64,000 bases of DNA. It comes from Macrostomum lignano. Taxonomy: Eukaryota. Position 1 is the stretch's first letter; the number at the start of each line of letters is the position of its first letter. The notes under the pieces were generated by a model, which worked only from the letters and a program-made list of their open reading frames with translations, was not told the DNA's origin and searched no databases. Shown in pieces: positions 1-13,070 of this stretch. The translations under genes were made by a program, and so were the position numbers. The stretch spans positions 1 through 64,000 of the forward strand of contig NIVC01002831.1 in NCBI GenBank assembly GCA_002269645.1. Direction: 5' to 3'.

Positions 1-458
1 CACATTACAGTTGTTATTTTATTCGCTAATTTGTCTGCTAATTGTCTGATGATTTAGCTCGCATAATGGAGCTAAATACGAGAAATGAGAGAGATGAGCA
101 AATTGAATGAGCCTGGTATTATTTAATTGCCAATGCATCTCGTCCACAATCGGACAATCTCAGGGTCGATTTATTTTACGAAACGAGTGGTTGAGCAAAG
201 TTATAGTATATACAGCAAGATGAGAATAATAAACTAGCAATCTACGCCCCCCGTTGGGGAGCCAAAGAAATGCAATACACGTTTTTTTAATAAGCTACAT
301 GTATCCTTGAAATCTTAAAAAATCTCCTGTCAAACCTTGTAAGCCTTGACATGTCAGTAATTCCCCCCCCACAAGCTTTAACATATCAACTTCCCCCCTT
401 GACATCTCAGCAATGCCCCCAATAAGCCTTGGAAATCTAAAAATATCTGTCAACCTTC

Positions 459-520
459 TAACCCTAACCCTAGCCTAACCCTAACCCTAACCCTAACCCT
501 AACCCTAACCCTAACCCTAA
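459..520 (-). repeat. Interstitial telomeric repeat (TTAGGG)n, about 10 units
   Basis: Plus strand reads (CCCTAA)n. Confidence 0.9.
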
Positions 521-1189
521 AGCATTGAAATTTCAGTAATTCTCTCTAAGAGTCATTATAGCACTACTACAGCATTATAGCGATTCCTGCAAGCCTCGAC
601 ATCGTAGGGATTCCCAATGAATCTCTTAACTTCGACATGCAAGCTTCTTGTAAGCCTTGACATGTCAGCGATGGCCCCATTAACCTTGAAATCTAAAAAA
701 TCCCCTGTTAACCTTGAAACCCGATAAATAATATAACCCTCAACCCAAACCTGACCTAAACCTAACTTTAACCCAACCTAAAGCCTTGAAATCTCAGCAA
801 TTCTTCTCCCCTAAGCCTTGACATTTTAGTGATCCTTCTTTAAGAATCACAGCACTATATAACGATTTCCACCAAGCTTTGACATCGTAGCAATTCCCAA
901 ATGAATCTTTTGACTTCGACATGACTTTTCTTTTATGTAACATAGTAGTGCTACTTTTATTTTTTACATGACTCTTCTTCTATCAGCGCCCCCCGTGCGA
1001 GCCAACAAAGAATGCAATAAAAAACTGAGTAAAGTACATGAACTTTGAAGTAGCTTCTGACTTTTGCTTTGACATCTCAGAAACCCCCCCCCCCTCCGTA
1101 ATCTCAGTTATTCTCTGTGAGCCTTGACGTCTCAGTTTTTCTCCCCAGCACAGCATTATAGCTGCATTTAATTTTTACATGACACCTTC

Positions 1190-1530
1190 ATGTCTGACAT
1201 GACGCTTCTTTTATTCTACCATGATGCTTCTTAATTTTTTAAATGACACTTTCATTAGTTTTTAAATGACGCATCTATGATTTTTATATGACGCTTCTAT
1301 GATTTTTTACATGACGCTTCCATGATTGTTTACATGACGCTTCTTTGATTGTTTATATGACGCTTCTATGATTGTTTACATGACGCTTCTATGATTTTTT
1401 AAATGACGCTTCTATGATTTTTTCATGACGTTTCTATGATTTTTACATGACGCTTCTATGATTTTTTACATGACGCTTCTATGATTTTTTAAATGAAGCT
1501 TCTATGATTGTTTACATGACGCTTCTTTTT
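1190..1530. repeat. 21-22-bp minisatellite (TTTTTACATGACGCTTCTATGA)n, short array
   Basis: Direct tandem repeats inside Helitron A1. Confidence 0.9.
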
Positions 1531-2329
1531 AAAAAGTCTTTTAGTTTTCCTGACGATGAAAAGCTTTAATTAAAAAAATTATACTCTATGAAAATTCGAA
1601 CCATCGTCGCTGCATTTAGCAGTTCAGTTTGTTCACCTTTAGCTAGCTCTCATCGTTTTGATAACATCAAATTTTGCACTTATATAATTCAACCACTTTA
1701 AAATCCAAGCATAGAGTAAATCACACGAAGCAGTTATGACATAATAAGTTTCTCAGTCAGTCAGTATCAGTTAACAATATGGTTACGCAATTTAAATCAA
1801 GTCTGGTGCTACGCTTCCACTCTGCATTTTCAATTCAAGTCGGAGTTGCAATTCAGTTATGATGCAATCTATTTCAGAATCAGAATCAACCAGTCAGTTT
1901 TTTCTAGCATTCTTACAATGCATTTCAAGTCGAAAAGTTTGCTTGACCTTTGCAAAAAGCTTGTTTTTCGAATATTTAATGCCTTTAGCATTTAGCAATT
2001 TCTTAGCCAAGATACATGTACTGTCACGGAAAAATTTCTGATGAATGGTGCAAGTTTGAACAAAATCGATGAGCCATTTTTGCTAAAATCGATTGCGCAC
2101 AAACAAGATCTTCATTTTTAGTATATAGGACTAGCAATCAGCGCCCCCGTTGGGAGCCAAAAAAATGCAGTACAAGTTTTTTTAATAAACTACATGTAAG
2201 CGTCTCTTTGCATTATACCTTGTAAGCCTTGACATGTCAGAAAATCCCCCACAAGCCTTAGCATATCAACCCCCTTGACATCTTAGCAATGCCCATAAGC
2301 CTTGCAATCTTAAAAAATCTGTCAACCTT

Positions 2330-2404
2330 CTAACCCTAGCCCTAGCCTAACCCTAGCCCTAACCCTAACCCTAACCCTAACCCTAACCCTAACCCAACCC
2401 TAAA
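2330..2404 (-). repeat. Interstitial telomeric repeat (TTAGGG)n, about 12 units with TAGGG(C) variants
   Basis: Plus strand reads (CCCTAA)n, at the position equivalent to 459-520. Confidence 0.9.
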
Positions 2405-3269
2405 GCATTGAAACTTCAGTAATTCTCTCTAACAGTCATTATAGCACTACTACAGCATTAAAGCGATTCCTTGCAAGCCTCGACATCGTAGGGATTCCCA
2501 AATGAATCTCTTAACTTCGACATGAAGCTTCTTTTATTTTTTACATTACGCTTTTTCTATCAGCGATCCCTCCCGTGAGGAGCCAACAAATAAAGAAAAA
2601 AAGTTTTCAATGGACTACATGTAGCTTCTGACTTTAGCCTTGAAATCTCATTTATTCCCCCATGAGCCTTGACATCTCAGCTATTCCCCGTAAGCCTTGA
2701 CATGTCAGCAATGCCCCCCATAAACCTTGATATCTGAAAATCCCCTGTTAACCTTGAAACCCGATAAAATATAACCCTCAACCCACACCTGACCTAAACC
2801 TAACTTTAACCCAACCTAAAGCCTTGAAATCTCAGCAATTCTTCTCCCCTAAGCCTTGAAATTTTAGTGATTCTTTCTTCAAGAAACACAGCACTATAGC
2901 GATTCCCTCCAAGCCTTGACATCGTAGCAATTCCCAAATGAATCTTTTAACTTCGACATGACTCTTCTTTTATGTATACATAGTGCTTCTTTTCTTTTTT
3001 ACATGACTCTTCTTCTATCAGCGCCCCCCCCGTGGCGAGCCAACAAAGAATGTAATAAAAAAATTGAGTAAAGTACATGTACTTTGAAGTAGCTTCTGAC
3101 TTTTGCTTTGACATCTCAGAAACCCCCCCCCCGCGTAATCTCAGTTATTCTCCGTGAGCCTTGACATCTAGCACAGTAAGTCTCCCCAGCGCAGCACAAT
3201 AGCTTCATTTAATTTTTACATGACACCTCTTTCATGTCTGACATTTTTTTTGTCACTTGATTTTTGATG

Positions 3270-4500
3270 TCAGTATGATTTTTTTACATGACGCTTCTAT
3301 GATTTTTTACATGACGCTTCTATGATTTTTTACATGAAGCTTCTATGATTTTTTATATGACGCTTCTATGATTGCTTACGTGACGCTTCTATGATTTTTA
3401 CATGGCGCTTCTATGATTTTTACATGACGCTTCTATGATTGTTTACATGACGCTTCTATGATTTTTTACATGACGCTTCTATGATTTTTTACATGAAGCT
3501 TCTATGATTTTTTATATGACGCTTCTATGATTGCTTACGTGACGCTTCTATGATTTTTTACATGACGCTTCTATGATTGTTTACATGACGCTTCTATGAT
3601 TTTTTACATGACGCTTCTATGATTTTTTACATGACGCTTCTATGATTTTTTACATGAAGCTTCTATGATTTTTATATGACGCTTCTATGATTGCTTACGT
3701 GACGCTTCTATGATTTTTTACATGGCGCTTCTATGATTTTTACATGACGCTTTCATGATTGTTTACATGACGCTTCTATGAATTTTTTACATGACGCTTC
3801 TATGATTTTTTACATGACGCTTCTATGCTTTTTTACATGACGCTTCTATGATTTTTTACATGGCGCTTCTATGATTTTTTACATGACGCTTTCAAGATTG
3901 TTTACATGACGCTTCTATGATATTTTACATGACGCTTCTATGATTGTTTACATGACGCTTCTATGATTTTTTACATGACGCTTCTATGATTTTTTATATG
4001 ACGCTTCTTTGATTTTTTACATGACGCTTCTATGATTTTTTCATGACGCTTTCATGATTTTTTCATGACGCTTCTATGATTGTTTATATGACGCTTTCAT
4101 GATTGTTTACATGACGCTTCTATGATTGTTTACATGACGCTTCTATGATTTTTTACATGACGCTTCTTTGATTTTTACATGACGCTTCTATGATTTTTAC
4201 ATGACGCTTCTATGATTGTTTACATGACGCTTCTATGATTTTTTACATGACGCTTCTATGATTGTTTACATGACGCTTCTATGATTTTTTACATGACGCT
4301 TCTATGATTTTTTACATGACGCTTCCATGATTTTTACATGACGCTTCTATGATTTTTTCATGACGCTTCTATGATTTTTTCATGACGCTTCTATGATTTT
4401 TTCATGACGCTTTCATGATTTTTTACATGACGCTTCTATGATTTTTACATGACGCTTCTATGATTTTTTACATGACGCTTCTATGCTTTTTACCTGGCGC
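3270..4500. repeat. 21-22-bp minisatellite (TTTTTACATGACGCTTCTATGA)n, roughly 55 copies
   Basis: Direct tandem repeats inside Helitron A2. Confidence 0.95.
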
Positions 4501-5106
4501 CTTTTGTCCTTTATTTGTCCTTTAATAAAAGGTTTTAATAAAAAACTTTTCACTACTTAGATTCGAACCCAGGTCGCTGCATTTGCAGTCTAGTCTGTTC
4601 ACTTCTAGGCTAGCTATTATCGAATTTATAAATTAAATTGTAGCACTTATATAATTCAACACTCACTCACGAATCAGTTATGACATAATCAATTTTCCAG
4701 GCAAGTCAGTATCAGTCTCATTAAAGTTGAGAATATGGTTACGCAATCTAAATCAAGTCTGGTGCTACGCTTCCACACTGCATTTTCAATACTGTGACGC
4801 AATTCAAGTCGGAGTTACAATTCAGTTATGATGCAATCTATTTCAGAATCAGAATTCAACCAGTCAATTTTTTTCTCTAGCATTATTACAATGCATTTCA
4901 AGTCGAAAAGTTTGCTTGACCTTTGCAAAAAAGCATGTTTTTCGAGTATTTAATGCCTTTAGCATCGAGCAATTTCTTAGCCAAGACACATGTACCGTCA
5001 TGGGAAAATTTCTGATCGAACAGTGCAAGTCTCATGAAAATCGGTTAAGCCATTTTTTCTCTAATCGATTGCAAGCAAGCAAGATTTTCATTTTTAGTAT
5101 ATAGGA

Positions 5107-5477
5107 CTAGCTAATTAGAGCTGGCTGCCAGCAGCCAGAATAATTTTTTTATTGCCCCCCTTTAAGTGGAGCGGAGTGAGTTTTCTTATCAGTTGGCTCT
5201 GGCGCAATCAATTAAAATTGGCAGTGAAGTTTTTCGCTGATAAAATTTGCATTGAAAAAGGCCATTTAAAACAGTTTTTCGAATATTTAATCCCTTTAGC
5301 ATTGAAGCAGATACAAGAAATTTTAACTGTCTTCTTTCCAGACAATTTTGAATGTTTTGGCAAAACGCGATGAAAATCGGTGAAGAATTGCAATCTCTAG
5401 AGCGTTATGGACAAGCAAGCATTCAAACATACAAAGCTTAGAGATTTAGTATATTTAGATTTAGTATATTTAGAAGA
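5107..5477 (-). mobile_element. Short (371 bp) non-autonomous Helitron-like element, family B
   Basis: 5' TCTTCTAAATATACTAAATC at 5477. 3' hairpin CTGGCTGC-TG-GCAGCCAG (5121-5138), then CTAG at 5107-5110 abutting the TC of copy A2. Confidence 0.72.
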
Positions 5478-5989
5478 CTAGCCATTTAGCCCCCCGCTGG
5501 GGGCCTCAAAAATGACGCTAAGTGGTGTTTTTTTGGCCCAAGAGTAATATTAATCTTATTAATTATCCAAAATTTTGATTTACATCAATCAAAAGTTACC
5601 TTTTCTCTTTTTTTGCAAAAACTAATTGCCATGAATCAGCCAAAAAAGTTTCCTTCATCAGCCTAAAACCCTTTTTCGATCAGCAAATAGTGCTTACCCT
5701 TTCAAGCACAAACTCTTAGTGCATATCGTCATTAGCCTGAACATATTCTGGTCCGTAGCAGGAGCTCAATATGCCAATCCCTGACGGTCTTAGACCCCTA
5801 TTTATTAGCTGAATTCAAAGAACCAAACCATTAATAAATACGCTGCTATTTCCTATTAGCAGAAATCAACACCACTTGTGTGTGCACTATTTTATTATCT
5901 GAATTAAATGAGCTACTTGAGCCGTACTACTTAACTATCTGACAATCGCTCAACAATCTAACCCCCTCCCCCCAACAATTCAGCCATCC

Positions 5990-6580
5990 CCCATGAGCCT
6001 TGATATCTCAACAATTTCCCCAGTAGGCCTTGACATCTCAGTAATTCCCCCAATAAGCCTTGAAATTTCAGCAATTACCCCAGTAAGCCTTGAAATCTCA
6101 ACAATTCCCTCAGTAAGCCTTGAAATCTCAGCAATTCCCTCAGTAAGCCTTGAAATCTCAGCAATTCCCTCAGTAAGCCTTGAAATCTCAGCAATTCCCT
6201 TAGTAAGCCTTGAAATCTCAGCAATTCCCTTAGTAAGCCTTGAAATCTCAGCAATTCTCTCAGTAAGCCTTGAAATCTCAGCAATTCCCTTAGTAAGCCT
6301 TGAAATCTCAGCAATTCCCTTAGTAAGCCTTGAAATCTCAACAATTCCCCCAGTAAGCCTTGATATCTCAACAATTCCCTCAGTAAGCCTTGAAATCTCA
6401 GCAATTCCCTTAGTAAGCCTTGCTATCTCAACAATTCCCTCAATAAGCTTTGACATCTCAGAAATTCCCCCAGTAAGCCTTGAAATCTCAATAATTCCCT
6501 TAGTAAGCCTTGCTATCTCAACAATTCCCTCAGTAAGCCTTGACATCTCAGAAATTCCCTCAGTAAGCATCGACATCGCA
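5990..6580. repeat. 30-bp minisatellite (CAGTAAGCCTTGAAATCTCAGCAATTCCCT)n
   Basis: About 19 tandem units. Explains the 10-aa periodic ORFs at 5980-6601. Confidence 0.95.
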
Positions 6581-9239
6581 GCAATTAGACTCGATCATTA
6601 ACATCTACTCAATTCTCCGAGCTCAGTAAGCCTTGACATCACAACAACCCAACTCCCCTCTCCCCAATTCAGCAATCCCCTTATGAACCTTGATAACTCA
6701 GCAATTTCTTCATGAGCCTTGATAACTCAGCAATTTCTTCATGAGCCTTGTCAACTCAGCGATTCCCCCATTACGCCTTGAAATCTCAGCAATTCCCTTA
6801 GTAAGCATTGAAATCTTAACAATTCCCTCAGTAAGCCTTGAAATCTACGCAATTCTCCCAGCCCAGTAAGCCTTAAAATCTCAGAAAGACCCCCAGTAGG
6901 CCTTGGTATCTCAGATATTCCAATAGTAAGCCTTGACATCTCATCATAAGCCTCAAGCCTCATAAGCCTTGAAATCTATATTTCGCCGAAAGCTTTGACC
7001 TGTCAGCAATACCCCGAAGAGCTAAAGCATTTAAGTAATTCGCTCCAAGAGTCTTTAATCTTAGCAATTCCACCAGGAATCATTTATGTCTGACAAGACG
7101 ATTGTTCTACAATTGAACCCAAACCCTAACCATATCCCTAACCTGCAGTCGAGTCACAGCATTTCAGCAACTCTCTCTCTCAGCCTAAGAATTTCAGCAA
7201 TTCCACCATGAGCTTTTGAAATCTAAAACTTTCCCCAATGAGCCTTAAAATTTAGCAATTTGGCAATTCCACATGAGTCATGGTTGAAAACTAACCCTAA
7301 CCCTGCCAAGTCACAGCGTTTCAGCAAGTCCCACCATGAACCATAGTATTTCAACAATTACCCTTGAAATTTCGTGAATTTCAGCTATTCCCTTATGAGC
7401 CTTTGACATCTCAGCCAGTCTCATGTGAACCTTAGTATCTCAGAAATACCCAAAGAGCCACAGTTTACAGCATTACAGGGATCCCCCGTGAGCGTTGACA
7501 TTTCAGTGATTCCATAATGAGCCTTGATATCTCAGAAATATCTCAGAAACTCCTAATTGAGCCACAAAATTTAGGCAATATCCCCAAGTCTTGCAATCAC
7601 TGCAATTTCCCCCGAGCCTTGAGCCAAAGTATAATCCAGATATCCCCCATTAGCTTTGAAATTCCTCGATGAGTACAGCAGTTCTCCCCTAGCCTTGAGC
7701 CACAGTATAATCCAGATATCCCCCATGAGATTTGGCATTCCCCAATGAAGTCTTTAATGTTTGACGGGCCAATTTCATTTAAGGTTTAACCCTTACCTTA
7801 CCCTAACAATCTCGGTAATTCCCCAACAGCCAAAGCATTCCAGTAATTATCCCATGAGCTTTGACAGAAAAGCAATTTTCCAATGAGCTTTTAAACTTTA
7901 TAACTCAGCAATTTCACATGAAACTTGGAATCAAAGCAATTCTCCCAGAATTACGAGTACATCCTTATAGCAATTCCCCCCTAAGCCTTGAGATCTTAGA
8001 AATTCTCCCATTAGTCTTGACATCAAAGCAGTTCCCATACCAGCCCTGACATCTTAGCAATTCCCATTGAGTCTTTTATGCTCGACGGACCGCTTCTTTT
8101 ATGGTTGACATGGTGATTCTTTTTTCGCTTTTCTTGCGTTGAGTTTTCTTCTGTTCAAAGTAGAATTTATCAAAAAAATTACTATGGTTCATCATCACTT
8201 TAGCAATGGTTCACCAGCAGTTTAGCAGTAATTCACCAGCACTTTCCGCAAAATCTGCGAGCAGATGGCCACTTATCTCCATATTTGAACCTAAGCCCCA
8301 TAAATCGGCATTTATCCACACAACAACCTGAAATTATCCCTGCATCTAATCCCGCAAAAAGACTGCAGTTATTTCTTAGCAGCCGGCATTTATCATCCTC
8401 TTTGCATTCTACAACTTTTATTAAAATTAAGCATGTATACCCTCAGCGGCATATAACTGTCCCCTTAGCCAAAAATATTTCACTTAGCAGCCGCAGAAAT
8501 CCCCTAAACAACTTGTACTTAATCTTCCACAGTTAATATTCACTCAAAACTCAATAGTTTATTGTTACCCTCAGAAGTCTGCCATTATCCCCCTATTAGT
8601 CGGCAGTTTTCCCTCTCAGCAGTCTGCAGCTATTCGCTCATAAGTCTGGAGGAACTACCTCAGCAGTTTGCAGTTTTTCCCCCTCTGCAATCTGCAATGA
8701 TCCCTTCGACAATCTGCAGTTCCCTCAGCAGTCTGCAGTCATTTCATTTTGACACTAATTGGTTTTTATTTTGGCACAACAGCAACCTTACTATAATTAT
8801 CCAAAATGTTGATTTCCATTAATCAAAAATTACCTTTTCTCACGTTTGAAGAAATAAGTTGCCATGAATCAGAACTTTCATTAGCCAAAAAGTTTCCTTC
8901 ATCAGCCAAAAACCCTTTCTCAATCAGCAAATAGTGCTTATCCGTTCAAGCACAAACTCTTAGTGAATATCGTCACTGGCCGGGGCATATTCTGATCCGC
9001 AGCAGGAGCTCAAAATGCAAATCCCTGACGGCCTTAGACCCTCTCTGTTTATTAGCCTAAATTAAAAAATCAAACCTTTAATAAATGCGCTGGTATTTCC
9101 TATTAGCAGAAATCAGCATCACTTCTGTGTACTTTTTCATTATCTGAATTACATGAGCTACTTGAGCCGTACTACCTGACTATCTGACAATCGCCCAATA
9201 ACCTAGTAACCCCCCCCCCCCAAAAAATTCAGCCATCGT

Positions 9240-9500
9240 CCATGAGCCTTGACATCTCAGCAATTCCCCCAGTAAGCCTTGGCATATCAGCAATTCCCCC
9301 AGTAAGCCTTGAGATCTCAGCAATTGCCCCAGTAAGCCTTGACATCTTAGCAATTCCCTTAGTAAGCCTTGAGATCTCAGAAATTCCCCCCATAAGCTCT
9401 GAGATCTCAGCAATTGCCCCCCGGTAAGCCTTGACATCTCAGCAATTCCCCCAGTAAGCCTTGACATCTCAGCAGTTATCCCATTAAGCCTCGACATCAC
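9240..9500. repeat. 30-bp minisatellite, second array
   Basis: Same monomer as 5990-6580, in the duplicated segment. Confidence 0.9.
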
Positions 9501-10419
9501 AGCAATTAAACTCGAGCCTTGACATCACGCAATTCTCCCAGCGCAGTAAGCCTTGATATACCAACAACCCAACTCCCTTTTCCCAAGAATTCAGCAATAC
9601 CCTTATAAGCCTTGATAACTCAGCAATTTCTTTATGAGCTTTGTCAACAGAGCGATTCCACAATGAACTTTGATTATATCTAAACAAGTCTTTAATTAAT
9701 GGTCACCCTAACCCATAAGTGAGTCTTGGCGTGTTGGCAATTTCCACCATAAGCCTTGAGCCTCAGCATTAAAGTAACTTCCTCATAAATAAGCTTTGTA
9801 ATCGGAATTTCACCGAAAGCCTTGACCTGTCAGCAATTCCCGTAGTAGAGCCAAAGCATTTAAGTTTTCCCCCCAAGAGCATTTAATCTTAGCAACTCCT
9901 CGATGGATCATTAATGATTGTCACGACGATCGCTCTATAATTGAACCAAAACCATAGCCCTTGTTGTAGAATTTCAGCGATTCCCCAATGAGCTTTGGAA
10001 ATGTTAGCAATTTCCCCATGAGCCTGAAAATTGAGTGACTAACCTTTTGATATCCTGGCACTTGCATTTCAACAATTTATTTCTTCAATTTCACAAATGA
10101 AACTTGAAATCAAAGCAATTCTCCCCAGAATGACATAATTATAGCAATTCCCCTGAGCCTTGAGATCTTATAAATTCTACCGTGAGTCTTGATATCACAG
10201 CAATTTCCCATACCAGCATTATGCTCGTAGCAATAGTCATAGCAGTCTTAACAGTCTAAGCAATTCCCGATGAGACTTTTACGTTCGACAGGGCGCTTCA
10301 TTTATGATTGATATGATGATTCTTGTTCGCTTTTTCTTGCGTTGCGTTTTCTTCTCTTTAAAAGTTTTTATTAAAAAAATTACAATATTTTACCATAGCT
10401 TTCTGCAGTTTAGCAATGG

Positions 10420-10865
10420 TTCACCAGCGTTTCAGCAATGGTTCACCAGCATTTCAGCAATTCTTCACCAGCAGTTTAGCAATGGTTCACCAGCAGTTTA
10501 GCAATGCTTCACCAGCAGTTTAGCAATGCTTCACCAGCAGTTTAGCAATGCTTCACCAGCAGTTTAGCAATGGTTTACCAGCAGTTTAGCAATGCTTCAC
10601 CAGCAGTTTAGCAATGCTTCACCAGCAGCTTAGCAATGCTTCACCATGCATTCAGCAATGGTTCACCAGCATTTCAGCAATGCTTCACCAGCAGTTTAGC
10701 AATGCTTCACCAGCAGTTTAGCAATGCTTCACCAGCAGTTTAGCAATGGTTTACCAGCAGTTTAGCAATGCTTCACCAGCAGTTTAGCAATGCTTCACCA
10801 GCAGCTTAGCAATGCTTTACCAGCATTTCAACAATGGTTCACCAGCAGTTTAGCAATGATTCACC
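10420..10865. repeat. 22-bp minisatellite (ACCAGCAGTTTAGCAATGCTTC)n
   Basis: About 20 tandem units; only about 2 units at the paralogous site near 8200-8240. Confidence 0.92.
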
Positions 10866-13070
10866 AGCACTTTTTGCACAATCAGTGAGCAGATGGCACT
10901 AATCTTTGCTTATTGCCATATTGCTTCTGGATAATCGAAACCATATGAAATGCTTTGTCAACTTGCAGGTTAAAATTGATTTGTAATCCCCTTACATATT
11001 TATTATTTTATTTTATACATCAGATTAGCACTGCTCTCCCCGATTAGCGCTGCTCTTAAAGCTTAGCGTAGCCCCAGCAAAAGTATCTACAAAATGAAAA
11101 TGCTAAAAATTTGCATGAATCCTCATAGGAAACAATGATTATTGTCACAAAGATAAATTCGCTGCTTCAATACAGACTCGAACTGCCGACCTTCTGCTAA
11201 AAGCCTTATACTATCCAAGAAGTTTAGTAACTTCGGCAGTTACTAAAACTTCTAATTCAAGATTCAAGATTCAAACTAAATTCAAGAAGTTTAGTAACTT
11301 CGGCAGTTTGAAGTTAACCCCCCCCCTGAAATCGGCAGTTATCTCCACAATATCCTGAAATTAGCTATCACTTCTAATCCCACAAACAGACTGCAGTCAT
11401 ACACTTAGCAGCCTGCAGATATCCACTGTGCCGTCTACAACTTTCATTAACATCAGCAAACTACAATACTTCACTCAGCAGTCCGCAGTTATCCACTCAA
11501 CAACTTGCACTTAATTCTTCACAGCTATTATCCACTTTAAACTCTGTAGATAGTTATCCCCTCAACAGTTTGCTGCTATGCACTCATAAGTGTGGAGGAA
11601 CTACCTCAGCAGTTTGTTCCATTTTTCCCTTTGCAGTCTGCATGAATGATCCCTTTGACAATCTGCAGTTCCCCTCAGCATCTTCTGTTCTCCTTTCCAA
11701 TAATCTTCCAATCTTCCAATAATCTAAAAATGTGCTCAGCATTTTACGGCTCACTAAACAATTTTCAGTACATATCGGCATTCTTAAAAAGCTCAAAATT
11801 TGGCAATACCTTTAAGCAATTTTAACAGCATGGTCTGCAGTTTAATAGCAATTTCATACTTTCATGGTGCGAGGCAGTACTCGTTGATGGGATCAGTAAT
11901 ACACGAAGCAGTTTTTTAAAATCAAATTTGATAAGTGGCTTGTGCCAAGTAGCAAAAATTATTTGCTAATTAATAAAAAATGTTGCAATTAAAATTAATA
12001 AAAAATATGTTATATTTAGTCGAGTCACAAGCTACAAATGAATGAATTTACTTATTTTAATTATCCACCGGGGAGGCGGACTCGAACCTTGGACCTTACG
12101 CCTAGCCTAAACCTAGTCCTAGTGCCTACACTGCGGCTATTCCGCCTACTGATGGAAGGGCGCAAAAATCAGACATATATGCTTCGGCACTGCAGTCAAA
12201 TACATAGCAGTGATAGCCTGCTCAGTGTGCACAGTTTTGGTGCTGGCAGAGCCATTGCACAGTTAAGTAAATCTCTCCATTTCAATACTTTTAACATGCA
12301 GTGGCTGATTTCTCTCTCCCTCCAGAGTGCCTGCGCAATGCTTGGCACACTGCCTCCTGCTGAAAAGCTCAGAGTCAGTTTATAGCGAGAATATGCAGTA
12401 CGCAGTTGTGGCGCAATCATTTGGAATTGGAATTCAGCCAGTCAAGAATTCATTTCAAATCAAAAGCATTTAGATAAACTTGTTTTTCGAATATTTAATA
12501 CCTTTAGCATTGAAGCAGATAAAGAAATTTTAACTGTCTTTTTTCCAGATAATTACAAATCTTTTGGCGAAAACGCGATCAAAATTGGTCAAGAATTTCA
12601 GTCGTAGAGCGTTACGAAAAACTGATCTTAGACGCTTAAAGAGCTCGCTGCTAGCCTCCAGAATAATTTTATTTTTGACCTCTGGTATGGTTGCGCAATT
12701 TAAATAGAGTAATTATCTGGGCAGTGGGGCCCATGAGTTTTCTTATCAGTTCGCTCTGGCGCAATCAATTAAAATTGGCAGTGAAGTTTTTCGCTGATAA
12801 AATTTGCATTGAAAAAGCCCATTTGAAACAGTTTTTCGAATATTTAATCCCTTTAGCATTGAAGCAGATACAATAAATTTTAACCATACAATCCCAGGCT
12901 GATTACAAATCTTTTGGCGAAAACGCGATCAAAATCGGTGAAGAATTGCAATCTCTAGAGCGTTATGGACAAGCATACAAACCTTAGAGATTTAGTATAT
13001 TTAGAAGGAAGGAAAAGAGTGACCTTGGTGGTCACAAAACTTAAAGTACATATTTTAGGGATGATAACGA

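Larger units (their letters stand above)
234..2130 (-). mobile_element. Non-autonomous Helitron-like element, family A copy 1
   Basis: Minus-strand 5' end TCCTATATACTAAAAATG at 2130. 3' end is a GC hairpin (plus gccccccgttggggagc, 246-262) followed by CTAG|T at 237-233. Homologous to 2131-5106 and to the ends of 59125-62466. Confidence 0.8.
2131..5106 (-). mobile_element. Non-autonomous Helitron-like element, family A copy 2
   Basis: 5' TCCTATATACTAAAAATG at 5106. 3' hairpin plus CTAG at 2131-2134 abuts the 5' TC of copy 1 directly. Colinear with copy 1 but has a longer minisatellite. Confidence 0.8.
5478..13009 (-). mobile_element. Composite ~7.5-kb non-autonomous Helitron-like element (family B 5' end, family A-like 3' end)
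   Basis: 5' TCCTTCTAAATATACTAAATCTC at 13009; 12640-13009 is homologous to 5110-5477. 3' hairpin (plus gcccccccgctgggggc) and CTAG at 5478-5481. Internal ~3.2-kb tandem duplication (about 5560-8780 vs 8790-11700). The 5' flank is T rather than the canonical A. Confidence 0.6.

Noticed and set aside
459-520. True chromosome end
   Set aside because: The tract is short, internal and embedded at the same position in two copies of a repeat element.
3270-4500. CRISPR-like appearance of the short-period arrays, here and elsewhere
   Set aside because: Units are contiguous with no unique spacers, no cas genes are present, and the context is eukaryotic.
5980-6963. Periodic ORFs on both strands (e.g. 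EISRLTKGIA repeats)
   Set aside because: They are translations of the 30-bp minisatellite; several frames are open simply because the monomer lacks stops.
12060-12150. tRNA gene
   Set aside because: Has a B-box, but the T-stem and acceptor stem do not pair into a cloverleaf; treated as a tRNA-derived fragment.
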